IMG/VR virus record: IMGVR_UViG_3300046495_000010
Location: 1-39,653 of that record
Origin: a virus
Taxonomy: Duplodnaviria > Caudoviricetes
Length of the DNA: 39,653 nt
Direction: 5' to 3' (one strand)
In this document: positions 19,039 to 27,097 of the stretch, one piece after another
Layout: every line of letters starts with the position of its first letter
How positions within the stretch are numbered: the stretch's first letter is position 1
The notes under the pieces: model-generated
The model's database searches: none
What the model was told of the DNA's origin: nothing
The model's input: only the letters and a program-made list of their open reading frames with translations
Program-made: the position numbers and the translations under genes

Positions 19039-20077
19039 GTACGAGGCTGACGCGTACGACCTGCCGACCCGGGCGCAGGTGGAGCCTGCGGGGGCGTGGG
19101 GCCAAGGGCTGACCACCCACGCCGAGCGCCTCGCGTCGGTGATGGCGGCGATGGACGCCGCCCGGCCCCGGACCCAGCAGGTGCAACTGGGGATCAGCGC
19201 GATCGGCAAGTGCCACCGCTACGCCGGGTACGTCCACCACGGCGTCGACCCCTCCGATGAGAAGTGGACCCACCCGGCGGCCCTGCTGGGCACCCTGCTG
19301 CACGCGGCGCTGCTGCCGGTGCTGGCCGAGAAGTGGAACGGTGAGCACTCGGTGCCGGTGGTGGTCAGCCTCGGCGATGACCTGCCCCCGATCCCGGGCG
19401 AGGCCGACCTTGTCATCGCCGACGAGGTCATCGACCTGAAGACCGGCACGGAGGCGGTCATCGAGCAGGTCATCCGTGACGGTGAGCCCAAACGCGACCA
19501 CCACCGGCAAACCAACCTGTACCGCCTCGGGCTGACCCAGATGGGATGCACCATCAACTGGGCGTCCATCCTGTATCTGGGGCGCTCCCGTGGGGAGACG
19601 GTGTCCTTTGAGGCCCCGTTCGACGAGCAGGTCGTAGACGAGGCACGCCGGTGGTGGCGGGCCGTCCAAGCCTGCCCCAAACCGGAAGCGCTGGACCGGG
19701 GTGAGCGCGGCCCGGGCCTGTCGATCATCTGCGACGGATGCCAGTTCCGCACCCGCTGCTGGCCCAACGCCCAAGCCAGCCTGATCGACGAGGGCGGGGA
19801 CTCCGCCACCGAGTCGGCCCTGACGATGCTGCGTGAGTCCCTCGACCGGCGTAACGCCGCCGACAAGGACGCCGACTTCGCCAAGGCCATCCTTGCCGGG
19901 ACGATGCCGGGCCAGTACGGGATCTGGCGGGCGTGGTACGCGGGCGGCGGGATGCGACTAGACCAGCAGGAGGCCAAACGCATCCTGACCGAGCACGACC
20001 TGCCGGTGCCCATGAAGATGTCCGAGAAGTCGCTGCGGGTCGGGGTCGCCGCCAACCGTAAGGGCAACACCAAGTGA
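19031..20077 (+). CDS. PD-(D/E)XK (Cas4/RecB-like) exonuclease
   Basis: SAIGKCHR, GTLLH, GEADL...VIDLKT, Q...Y and CDGCQF...C motifs; adjacent to the annealase. Confidence 0.9.
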   Translation: MSEYEADAYDLPTRAQVEPAGAWGQGLTTHAERLASVMAAMDAARPRTQQVQLGISAIGKCHRYAGYVHHGVDPSDEKWTHPAALLGTLLHAALLPVLAEKWNGEHSVPVVVSLGDDLPPIPGEADLVIADEVIDLKTGTEAVIEQVIRDGEPKRDHHRQTNLYRLGLTQMGCTINWASILYLGRSRGETVSFEAPFDEQVVDEARRWWRAVQACPKPEALDRGERGPGLSIICDGCQFRTRCWPNAQASLIDEGGDSATESALTMLRESLDRRNAADKDADFAKAILAGTMPGQYGIWRAWYAGGGMRLDQQEAKRILTEHDLPVPMKMSEKSLRVGVAANRKGNTK

Positions 20078-20259
20078 CAGCGGCCCGGCGGGTCGCCACA
20101 CTGAGACGGGTCGTGGCCGACATGGCTGATGACGCCGCAGCCCTTGAGGGCGCCCCGTTCGACGGCCCGACCCTCGGGGTGGCCCTCGGGCACCTGATGG
20201 CCGCCGTCGCCACCACCGCGAGGGCCTTGGCCGACCACATCGAGGAGAGCGACACATGA
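20074..20259 (+). CDS. Hypothetical protein
   Basis: GTGA/ATGA coupling at both ends. Confidence 0.6.
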   Translation: MTAARRVATLRRVVADMADDAAALEGAPFDGPTLGVALGHLMAAVATTARALADHIEESDT

Positions 20260-20342
20260 CACGGTTGCAGTGGGTCCTGACAATGCTGGCGGTACTGGTC
20301 CTGCTGCTGACCGCGCTGATCGCCATAGCGGTCAGCGCATGA
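20256..20342 (+). CDS. 28-aa single-TM peptide
   Basis: MTRLQWVLTMLAVLVLLLTALIAIAVSA; GAGGAG RBS; ATGA overlaps at both ends. Confidence 0.6.
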   Translation: MTRLQWVLTMLAVLVLLLTALIAIAVSA

Positions 20343-20857
20343 GCCCGGTGGAGTTGCCGTTCACGATCGTGGACGTCCCGACCGGCTTTGAGGTCCACAT
20401 CGACCCCAAGATCGCCGCCGAGGCCCTCGCCAAGATCGGCTGGACGGTCTGGCCCCCGGTCAGCGCCGAGGAGGCGTTAGCGATCATGGCCCACGTCAAA
20501 GCGCCAGCGAGCCTGCCCCAGCAGGCCGCTGAGGTCCCTGTCTTCCGGGTGGGCAGCCAACTACACCGGCTGCTGGACGCGTACGCGTCCACTGTCAAGA
20601 CGGGATTGACAGACGAGGACGCCGCAACCGACGCAGGTCTACTGGGGTCGTGCTACTGGAAACGCGCCTCAGAACTGCGCCGCTACGCCCTGATCGCCCC
20701 GGTCCTGAACAACGGGAAGCCGGTCACCCGGAAGGGCTCAGCAGGGACCCCACGGCGGGTCTGCGTCATCACCGCAGCGGGACGCAACTACCTCCAAAAC
20801 CCCCTGAGCAGCATAAAAGGGGCATCTAGTGCAGATTGGCCCCCGCAACAGGAGTAG
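20339..20857 (+). CDS. Winged-helix DNA-binding protein
   Basis: GLTDEDAA...WKRASELRR..LI...TRKG.AG..RRV..IT..G motif. Confidence 0.7.
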   Translation: MSPVELPFTIVDVPTGFEVHIDPKIAAEALAKIGWTVWPPVSAEEALAIMAHVKAPASLPQQAAEVPVFRVGSQLHRLLDAYASTVKTGLTDEDAATDAGLLGSCYWKRASELRRYALIAPVLNNGKPVTRKGSAGTPRRVCVITAAGRNYLQNPLSSIKGASSADWPPQQE

Positions 20858-20867
20858 GGTCACCAAC

Positions 20868-20915
20868 GAACGAAGGCGGTCCGCCCCATCACTGGGACGA
20901 ACCGCCTCTACGTTC
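20868..20915 (+). terminator. Stem-loop after the recombination operon
   Basis: GAACG/CGTTC and AGGCGGT/ACCGCCT arms with inner CCCA/TGGG stem. Confidence 0.45.
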
Positions 20916-21036
20916 AACCACGCGCGCCTACCACGGGCGCCGTGGCGCTGGTCCCTACACCCTTAACCGAAAGGAACGCCCCCATGCTAACCCCTTTACG
21001 CGGCACCGCTGCACGCGAAGCCCATAATTTAGATCA

Positions 21037-21050
21037 CGTTCACGTGAACG
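21037..21050. promoter_or_regulatory. Perfect 14-bp palindrome, candidate operator
   Basis: CGTTCACGTGAACG, flanked by GATC on both sides, between CATAAT (21023-21028) and ATG 21061. Confidence 0.5.
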
Positions 21051-21060
21051 GATCACTGCG

Positions 21061-21645
21061 ATGACATGGGCACTGAGCAACACCGCGATGCAAGCCACCT
21101 TCCCCGCCGAAAAGGGCCTCTCCCAACGCGCGATGCGCCACATCCTCGCCGCCATGGCCAAGATCGCCCAGTCCGACGGCACATTCCGCTACGGCCTGCG
21201 CGCCAGCAAACTCGCCACCCTCGCCGATTACAGCCTCTCAGTCATCCGCCACTTTGAGCGAGTCGCCCTCAAACTCGGCATCCTTGAACGCGTCGAGGTC
21301 GGCGGCGGACGCAAAGCCACCAAATGGCGCATCAACCTCGACACCCTCCTGACCTACCTCCCCGAAAAAGCACGCCTGCGACCCGCCCCTAAGACGGCAG
21401 CACCCCGGAAAAAACACGGCTCTGACGCACACACAGGGTGGCTCAGCGGGTTACTCGGTGGCCACGGCACCAAACCCCGCCAACAAACCCTCTCCCTGCT
21501 CACCGGCGACCCCACCACAGTCACCGACGTCTGCACCCACGGAGGCGAAGGAGGCAACCAACCCACCACCGGCCTCCCCCGCTGCCCCTCCTGCCGCCAC
21601 CAAACACTCAGAACACTCATCGACGCCACACCCCTGCTCGCATGA
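21061..21645 (+). CDS. RepA-like/HTH replication initiator-like protein with C-terminal Zn finger
   Basis: IL..MA..A..DG...LA.....S...I.....L..LG.L......GR winged-helix pattern; C-terminal CTHG...RCPSCR. Confidence 0.6.
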   Translation: MTWALSNTAMQATFPAEKGLSQRAMRHILAAMAKIAQSDGTFRYGLRASKLATLADYSLSVIRHFERVALKLGILERVEVGGGRKATKWRINLDTLLTYLPEKARLRPAPKTAAPRKKHGSDAHTGWLSGLLGGHGTKPRQQTLSLLTGDPTTVTDVCTHGGEGGNQPTTGLPRCPSCRHQTLRTLIDATPLLA

Positions 21646-21884
21646 CTGACCTCACGTGCCCCCGACACCCCGGCTTCCCAGCCGGGCGCTGCCCGGAGTG
21701 CGTGGCGGAGGCCGCTGACGGGCCTCCGCCACAGATCGAGGCGGTCAAGGCTGCGCTGCGACGCTCGGTTCTCAGACGAGCCGAGGAGGACGAGAGGGTT
21801 CGGCGGGCTGAGGCGGTGACGATGGCGGTTGCGCTGTTGCGGCGGGCTCGGGCGGCGTGTGGTGAGGGCACGCTTATCGTGTGA
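21642..21884 (+). CDS. Small Zn-finger protein
   Basis: ATGA overlap; CPRHP....RCPEC. Confidence 0.65.
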   Translation: MTDLTCPRHPGFPAGRCPECVAEAADGPPPQIEAVKAALRRSVLRRAEEDERVRRAEAVTMAVALLRRARAACGEGTLIV

Positions 21885-21968
21885 GCAAATTGAGGATACG
21901 GTCAGCCTTTTGGGTGGGTAGGGGGCAGAATGGGCGCCCTGTACCTCGGACCCCCCTCGGAGCGCACT

Positions 21969-22412
21969 ATGACTGCTGTCAAGCCCAAGCGTGTTCGTCC
22001 TACTGTGGCTGAGCGGTTGGCTGCGGGGTTGAAGCGGATGCCGAATGGGTGTCTTGAGTGGACGAAGTCGTGTAACGAGTCGGGGTATGGGCGGATTGGG
22101 GCTGGTCGGCGGGGGACGGTGTGTACCCACCGGCTGGCGTGGGAGTTGGCTCACGGGCCGATCCCGGTGGGGATGCAGGTGCTCCATCATTGTGACAACC
22201 GGCGGTGTTGTGATGCTGAGAAGTGTCTGTTCTTGGGGACGAACGCGGACAACATGGCTGACAAGGACGCGAAGGGGCGGAACAACAACACCCGGAAGAC
22301 GGTGTGTCCGGCGGGTCACCGGTACTCGGAGGCGAACACCTACCGTTGGGGTGGGACTCGGATGTGTCGGAGGTGTCGGCGTGAGCGTCAGTGGGCGTCG
22401 GCGGCGGCGTAG
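21969..22412 (+). CDS. HNH endonuclease (HNH_3 type) with C-terminal Zn finger
   Basis: CLEW...GYG...HRLAWELAHGPIP.GM.VLHHCDNRRC...LGTNADNM.D; KT.CPAGH.Y...NT...CRRC. Confidence 0.9.
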   Translation: MTAVKPKRVRPTVAERLAAGLKRMPNGCLEWTKSCNESGYGRIGAGRRGTVCTHRLAWELAHGPIPVGMQVLHHCDNRRCCDAEKCLFLGTNADNMADKDAKGRNNNTRKTVCPAGHRYSEANTYRWGGTRMCRRCRRERQWASAAA

Positions 22413-22827
22413 TGATGATCTGGGGGCGGCGCTGCTGAGTAAGGCGGCGTGGGAGGTGTTGCGGGGGCAGTTGGTGTTGCGGTGTGGGGGGCGCTGTGAG
22501 GCGTCTGGGGCGCCTTTGGTGGATGGGCGGTGGGCGGTGCACCATCGGGATTCTCGGGGCATGGGGGGCACTAGGCGGGACGGGATCAATGCTCTGAGCA
22601 ATCTGCTGGCGTTGAGTGAGGACGCGCATCGGTGGGTTCATGCGAATCCGGCTGGGGCGTTGCTGATGGGGTGGATCTGTTCGACCTCGGATGTGCCGTC
22701 GGAGACGTCGGTCTCTACCCCGGTGGTGCTGTATTCGGGTCGGCGGGTGTTGCTGGACCCGGGGTGGCCGGGGTATCTGGATGCTCCGGGGGCTCCGTAC
22801 GATCTGGGGCCACATCCGTTCCGGTGA
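22381..22827 (+). CDS. HNH endonuclease (second family)
   Basis: GGAGGTG RBS before GTG 22381; R.GGRCE...HHR.SRGMGG...NLLAL...H.WVH.NP...GW. Confidence 0.8.
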   Translation: MSVSGRRRRRSDDLGAALLSKAAWEVLRGQLVLRCGGRCEASGAPLVDGRWAVHHRDSRGMGGTRRDGINALSNLLALSEDAHRWVHANPAGALLMGWICSTSDVPSETSVSTPVVLYSGRRVLLDPGWPGYLDAPGAPYDLGPHPFR

Positions 22828-22844
22828 GTGTTAACGAGGTGTGC

Positions 22845-22895
22845 TTGACAGTTTACCGGGTATCGGAGTAGCGCGTACCGGGTGAGCGTGCGCTA
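22845..22895 (+). promoter_or_regulatory. Possible promoter/operator
   Basis: TTGACA at 22845-22850 followed by TACCGGGT twice and a GTAGCGC/GCGCTAC stem; no good -10. Confidence 0.3.
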
Positions 22896-22945
22896 CGCTT
22901 GATCTGCAAGGCGTACGCCCACCTTTGGAGGCAGGTGAGATCCTG

Positions 22946-23173
22946 ATGGCTACCGAGATTGAGGCTGCCCACCGGGTAGTCGCCGATCGTGTCGACGAGA
23001 TCGTGGTCGAGGCGATGGATGGCACGGTGGAGGCTCACCGTGTGGAGAACATCACCAACGCCAAGGCCCGGAGTATGCCGTGGGCTCGGGTGACCAAGGC
23101 GTATGCGGCGTTGCGGGGTATGGAGCAGTGCCCGGCGTGTACGGGGCTTGGGATGGTCCCGCCTCGGCACTGA
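22946..23173 (+). CDS. Hypothetical protein with CxxCxGxG motif
   Basis: AGGTGA RBS; CPACTGLG. Confidence 0.65.
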   Translation: MATEIEAAHRVVADRVDEIVVEAMDGTVEAHRVENITNAKARSMPWARVTKAYAALRGMEQCPACTGLGMVPPRH

Positions 23174-23433
23174 GGCTAGGGTCAGGGTGTTAGTGGGGGG
23201 CGGGCCGGGTTGTACCCTTCGGTTCCCCCGAGGTTAGTGGCGCCGCCCGCTCCCCCAGTTAGTGCAGGGTTGCCTAACTTATTCCCGTTTGGCACCAATT
23301 TTTTTCGGACACGGCTGCGCCGCGCTTGTCAACGACCCGCGCCGGGAGCGAACATCGAGGGATAACCCCTTGGCGAGGAGGTCCCTGTGGCTGTGTCATC
23401 TCCTGCGGCGGCGAGCCCGCCACGGCGCAAGAA

Positions 23434-23493
23434 TGTGGATAAACCGCCCAAATCTGTGAATAAGGGGTTGGCTGCCGCACTGGTTCATCCACA
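23434..23493. promoter_or_regulatory. Cluster of three DnaA boxes
   Basis: TGTGGATAA 23434-23442 (reverse complement of TTATCCACA), TGTGAATAA 23455-23463 (reverse complement of TTATTCACA) and TCATCCACA 23485-23493, all in a 368-bp intergenic gap. Confidence 0.7.
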
Positions 23494-23541
23494 GTCCATC
23501 AGAGAGTTCCACCGGGCGGTCGCCGTAGTGACCGGCGCCCG

Positions 23542-23889
23542 GTGAGTGAGCAACCGGCCCTGTTCGGGGATGAGGTCGCCTCGATCGGGTTGCGGGACAA
23601 GGTCAGTACCGCCCGGCGGCAGCGGGCCACCCTCGCCCGGGGCTTCCACCCGATCAGCGGCTACCCGCTGCATCAGGACGCCGCCCCCACCGATGACCGG
23701 CACGGCGAGGGGCTGCGCTGCCGCAACTGCTACTTCGCCGGGCGGGCGATCCACGCCGACGTGTTCAAGTGCAGCCTCGACAGTGGGGCGCACATCACCC
23801 ACGGCGAATCAACTGACCTTCGGTTGTGGTTCCCGGCGTGCTCAGCCCACGTGGCCGACTCGCCGCTGAGCGAGGGCGACAAGTCGTGA
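23542..23889 (+). CDS. Cys-rich hypothetical phage protein
   Basis: CRNC...KC...DLRLWFPAC. Confidence 0.7.
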   Translation: MSEQPALFGDEVASIGLRDKVSTARRQRATLARGFHPISGYPLHQDAAPTDDRHGEGLRCRNCYFAGRAIHADVFKCSLDSGAHITHGESTDLRLWFPACSAHVADSPLSEGDKS

Positions 23890-24077
23890 AGACCGCCCCC
23901 GTCCCGGCCAAGACCAGCACCGACGTGCCGGTGCGGGTCCGGTGCTTGGCGTGCGGGGCGCACACAGAGGTGCACGTCGCTACCCGTGGGCGGCTCGCCG
24001 CACTGACCAACGAGCAACGCGCCGTCCTTGACGAGTTCACCCGGACCCACGATGCCACCCAAGTCGTCGCCCGGTGA
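23886..24077 (+). CDS. Small Zn-ribbon protein
   Basis: GTGA overlap; CLACG...H. Confidence 0.55.
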   Translation: MKTAPVPAKTSTDVPVRVRCLACGAHTEVHVATRGRLAALTNEQRAVLDEFTRTHDATQVVAR

Positions 24078-24327
24078 CATCCGCTGGGGGATGGCCCACC
24101 GCCCCTCCGTCGAGCCGGTCGTAGAGGGCCAGATCGCCGGTTGCGCCGCGTGCGGGGCACTGTTTCTGGCCGCCGACAGAGACGGTGTCCTGCGCTGGAT
24201 TCGGCGCCGCTGGTGGCACCATGGTGCCGTGCGGGCCACCGTAACCCGGTGGTCCAACTCACGGCGAGGGGGAACCACCGATGCACCTGAGACTGTGGCC
24301 CGGCAAAGACGAGTACCGCCACCATGA
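24052..24327 (+). CDS. Hypothetical protein (start uncertain)
   Basis: CAACG motif; fills the gap on the + strand. Confidence 0.4.
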   Translation: MPPKSSPGDIRWGMAHRPSVEPVVEGQIAGCAACGALFLAADRDGVLRWIRRRWWHHGAVRATVTRWSNSRRGGTTDAPETVARQRRVPPP

Positions 24328-24442
24328 GCGCGCCACCTGCATGGTCTGCGCGGTCCTGCGTGAGCAGTCCAAAGCCAACCACCCCGCCGGGCGCAACTGG
24401 TTCCCGGCTGGCCCCCCTGAACCGGTCGAGACCGATGGGTAG
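24281..24442 (+). CDS. 53-aa hypothetical protein
   Basis: GAGGGGG RBS; HHxxxxCMVC motif. Confidence 0.5.
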   Translation: MHLRLWPGKDEYRHHERATCMVCAVLREQSKANHPAGRNWFPAGPPEPVETDG

Positions 24443-24505
24443 ATACCGGGGCGCCCACCGGCCCCGCCACTGCTGGGTCTGCCGGGTCCTGAACGGCCCG
24501 CCGCG

Positions 24506-24598
24506 ATGAGCAACCCGCTGGTCTACCTCGCCCTCGGGCTCACCGCAGCCCTGAGCCTGCTCATCCTCATCGAAAGGTGGGTGCGGAAATATGGCTGA
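24506..24598 (+). CDS. 30-aa single-TM peptide
   Basis: MSNPLVYLALGLTAALSLLILIERWVRKYG; overlaps its neighbours. Confidence 0.5.
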   Translation: MSNPLVYLALGLTAALSLLILIERWVRKYG

Positions 24599-25394
24599 GT
24601 TCAGCGTGGCCATCGGCCAAGACGAAACCACCGTGACCTGCTCGACCTGCGGCCAAACAACCACCGGGTCCAACACCGACCTGCTCATCGACTACATCCG
24701 CACCGACCACACCTGCCCCCCCATCAGCGAAACCATCCCCTCCCCCGACCCCGAAACCCGCATCGCCAACCCCACCGACGACGACACCCAACAAGACACC
24801 GGCGCCACCGCCTACCCCGGCACCACCATCACCAACCGCCGCCCCACCCCCCGGACCGGACGCATCCCCGAATGGACCGACCCCCGCGTCACCAGCGCCA
24901 TCATCGACGCCGTCGCAGGAGGCGCCTACCTCACCACCGCAGCCACCGCCGCAGGCATCCACGAATCCACCCTGTTCCGCTGGCTCGCCGAAGCCAAAGC
25001 CGACGACGCACCCGAGCAACTGCACGAGTTCTACGAGGCGGTGACGCGCGCACGCGCGATGGCTGAGCAGACGGCGGTGGAGTTCTTGTGGGATGTGGCC
25101 AAGGGCGGGCACCTGATCCGGCAGTCGACCCGTCACGATCCTGCTGGTGAGGGGTACGTGGTCGAGGAGTCTTTCACCGCCCCGGACGCCAAGCCGGTGA
25201 TGTTCCTGCTGGAACGCTCGTTCCCGCAAAGGTGGACGCGGCGTAGCCAGTTGGATGTGGGGCTGAACCCCGACGGTCCGGCGTATGGGCCGACGGGCCA
25301 AGATGACGTTGAGCGGTTGAACGTGCTCGCGCAGCGTGCGGCGGCGGCGTTGGCGACCGTGCGCGGCGAGGTGGTTGCTGAGGAGTCCGCATAA
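24591..25394 (+). CDS. Terminase small subunit-like HTH protein
   Basis: IIDAVAGGAY.TTAA.AAGI.ESTLFRW...EFYEAV.RARA.AE...D.K...FLLERSFP..W pattern of actinophage TerS-like proteins. Confidence 0.7.
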   Translation: MAEFSVAIGQDETTVTCSTCGQTTTGSNTDLLIDYIRTDHTCPPISETIPSPDPETRIANPTDDDTQQDTGATAYPGTTITNRRPTPRTGRIPEWTDPRVTSAIIDAVAGGAYLTTAATAAGIHESTLFRWLAEAKADDAPEQLHEFYEAVTRARAMAEQTAVEFLWDVAKGGHLIRQSTRHDPAGEGYVVEESFTAPDAKPVMFLLERSFPQRWTRRSQLDVGLNPDGPAYGPTGQDDVERLNVLAQRAAAALATVRGEVVAEESA

Positions 25395-25403
25395 GGAGGG
25401 GTT

Positions 25404-25598
25404 ATGGATCGGATCAAGAACGAACCGGCGGTGCTGGCGGGGATCATCGCGGCGCTGATCGGGGTCGCGGTGGCGTTCGGGCTGAACCTGTCCACTGAGC
25501 AGCAGGCGGCGATCATGGGGCTGGTCACCATCGTGTTGGGGGTGGGGGTCCGTACGCAGGTCGTCCCGACCCGGACGTTGCCGCCGGACAAGCCCTGA
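25404..25598 (+). CDS. Holin-like two-TM protein
   Basis: AAGGAGG RBS; EPAV...TM...LSTEQQAAI...TM...RTQVVP pattern of actinophage holins. Confidence 0.7.
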   Translation: MDRIKNEPAVLAGIIAALIGVAVAFGLNLSTEQQAAIMGLVTIVLGVGVRTQVVPTRTLPPDKP

Positions 25599-25735
25599 TG
25601 GACGCGTGGTTCGCGTGGCTGCTGCTGGTGGTGCTGGTCGGGTGCTGGTTCGGGGCCGGGGTGTGGGTCGGGTACTGGCTGGCCGGGCGTCGTGAGCACG
25701 AAAACGATGTTACTGACGAGTATTTATGGGAGTAG
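25598..25735 (+). CDS. 45-aa membrane peptide
   Basis: TGATG coupling; MDAWFAWLLLVVLVGCWFGAGVWVGYWL plus acidic tail. Confidence 0.6.
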   Translation: MDAWFAWLLLVVLVGCWFGAGVWVGYWLAGRREHENDVTDEYLWE

Positions 25736-25753
25736 CCCACCGGCGGGCAAGAC

Positions 25754-25848
25754 GCCCCGATATGCTCAGGTTTGCCCCTGATCGCGTTCAGGTGGCGCCC
25801 CGATCGCGTTCGGGGCAGACGACAGGCCCTCGCCCGCGCGGGGGCCTG
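25754..25848 (+). ncRNA. Candidate structured RNA or cis-element of tandem hairpins
   Basis: CCTGA-TCGCGT-TCAGG (25777-25792) and GCCCCGA-TCGCGT-TCGGGGC (25797-25816) share a loop and show a compensatory stem change; further hairpin at 25823-25848. Confidence 0.45.
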
Positions 25849-25972
25849 CCTGCGGTTATGGTGCTGTGATGAAGTTCGGTCTCGACCTGAAAACCCGGTC
25901 GTCGGCGTGGCGCTCCCAGATGCCTCACGACGCGCGTAGGGCGCCAGCGTCCTGAAGGGGCGGCTGATCTGG

Positions 25973-26134
25973 GTGAGCCTGCCGTACGCCACCTACGGGC
26001 TGGTCGTGGACGGCGGGCGGGTCGTGGCTGCTCCCCCGATCGCGGCGTGGATGCTCGGGCGCACCGAGGTGCATGTGGCGGGCTGGCTGCGGGCTCGGGG
26101 CGCCACAGTCGTGCCCCTCGACCCCCCATTGTGA
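25973..26134 (+). CDS. Small hypothetical protein (start uncertain)
   Basis: WVSLPYATYGLVVDGGRVVAAPPIAAWMLG reads as real protein; in-frame TAG at 25937 limits the N-terminus. Confidence 0.55.
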   Translation: MSLPYATYGLVVDGGRVVAAPPIAAWMLGRTEVHVAGWLRARGATVVPLDPPL

Positions 26135-26182
26135 TACATTGGAGTTGTATACGAGGTAAGCAACCCCGACCACGAGAGGTGA
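26129..26182 (+). promoter_or_regulatory. Extended -10 promoter at the start of the small-ORF island
   Basis: GTGATACATT (26131-26140) matches the TGnTACA(C/A)T of the repeat family but lacks the palindrome; GAGAGGTGA RBS downstream. Confidence 0.5.
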
Positions 26183-26188
26183 CCCCCC

Positions 26189-26578
26189 ATGACCAACCCC
26201 ACCCCCCCGATCTGCCCCCGCTGCCGAGGGTTCATCCCCAACAACGACCACCCCGGCGAGTACGAGGGCGCCCTGTCCCGGCTGACCCGCACCGAGGACC
26301 AGTCCACGTGGGTGTTCATCTGCTCCGCGTGCGGGCTCGACGAAGCCATGGGCCGAGGTCTGATCCCGCAGGCGGCATGGCCCCTGCTGACCGCGACGTC
26401 CATCCCGGCCAACCTTGAACTGTCCTACGCCGAGGAGATCACCGCCGCCGTCGGGCAGTTGCCTAGCCCCCTGCCCGACCGGGAGCCGAAGTCACACCGG
26501 CTGACCCGCGACGACGGAACCACCATGATCGTCACGGACGTGCCCGGCATCGGACGGGACGAGAACGACCATGGCTGA
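26189..26578 (+). CDS. Zn-finger protein, paralog A1
   Basis: ICPRC.G.IP.N..PGEY.GA.SRLTR...ICS.CG.DEAMG. Confidence 0.8.
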   Translation: MTNPTPPICPRCRGFIPNNDHPGEYEGALSRLTRTEDQSTWVFICSACGLDEAMGRGLIPQAAWPLLTATSIPANLELSYAEEITAAVGQLPSPLPDREPKSHRLTRDDGTTMIVTDVPGIGRDENDHG

Positions 26579-26798
26579 CGCTGAGAAGTGGGCACGCCTG
26601 TCAGTTCCCGACAAGCCCCGGGAACGCATCAAGGTCGCCGTCAACCTCACCATCGACGTCGACAAACAGGCATGGATGGACACCTACGGCCCCAACGGGA
26701 GCCTGCGGCAGGACATCAAGGACTACGCCCTCGGCTGCGTCGCCCAGTCCGCAGGCATCGAGGAGTGCGACGGCACAGTCGAGGCGACCCTGCGATGA
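26571..26798 (+). CDS. Hypothetical protein
   Basis: Overlap-coupled ORF with high GC3. Confidence 0.7.
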   Translation: MADAEKWARLSVPDKPRERIKVAVNLTIDVDKQAWMDTYGPNGSLRQDIKDYALGCVAQSAGIEECDGTVEATLR

Positions 26799-27097
26799 GC
26801 CGACCGCTACGCACCGAGGCCGAGAAGGCGCAGGAGGCCCTCGACCTCGCCGAGCGCAAACTCGCCCGCAAAGAGCACCTGCTCGCTGAGGCCGTCGCCG
26901 TCGCCACCGAACTGAAGGCCAAGGCTGACGAGGTCAGAGCGATCCGTGACTACGCCGCCAAACACCCCGCCCTACTCAAGACAGCGGCGCCGATCCCCGA
27001 TATGAGGACCGACGCAGAGTGGGCCGAGCACAAGGCGGCCCGCTCCCCCAGCGGCAGACCACCCAACGAGATCCCGGCTGAGGAGGCCAAAGCATGA
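26795..27097 (+). CDS. Coiled-coil hypothetical protein
   Basis: ATGA overlaps; heptad-like helix ending YAAKHPAL. Confidence 0.7.
   Translation: MSRPLRTEAEKAQEALDLAERKLARKEHLLAEAVAVATELKAKADEVRAIRDYAAKHPALLKTAAPIPDMRTDAEWAEHKAARSPSGRPPNEIPAEEAKA

Noticed and set aside
20984-21000. TGCTAACCCCTTTACG as another cassette dyad
   Set aside because: Only the left arm matches and no TGnTACACT follows at the family spacing.
21969-22827. HNH pair as intron-encoded homing endonucleases
   Set aside because: No interrupted host gene or intron core was recognised; free-standing HNH genes are common in actinophages.
25860-25900. Hammerhead-like TGATGA...GAAA
   Set aside because: The conserved C of CUGANGA is missing and stems I and III could not be built.
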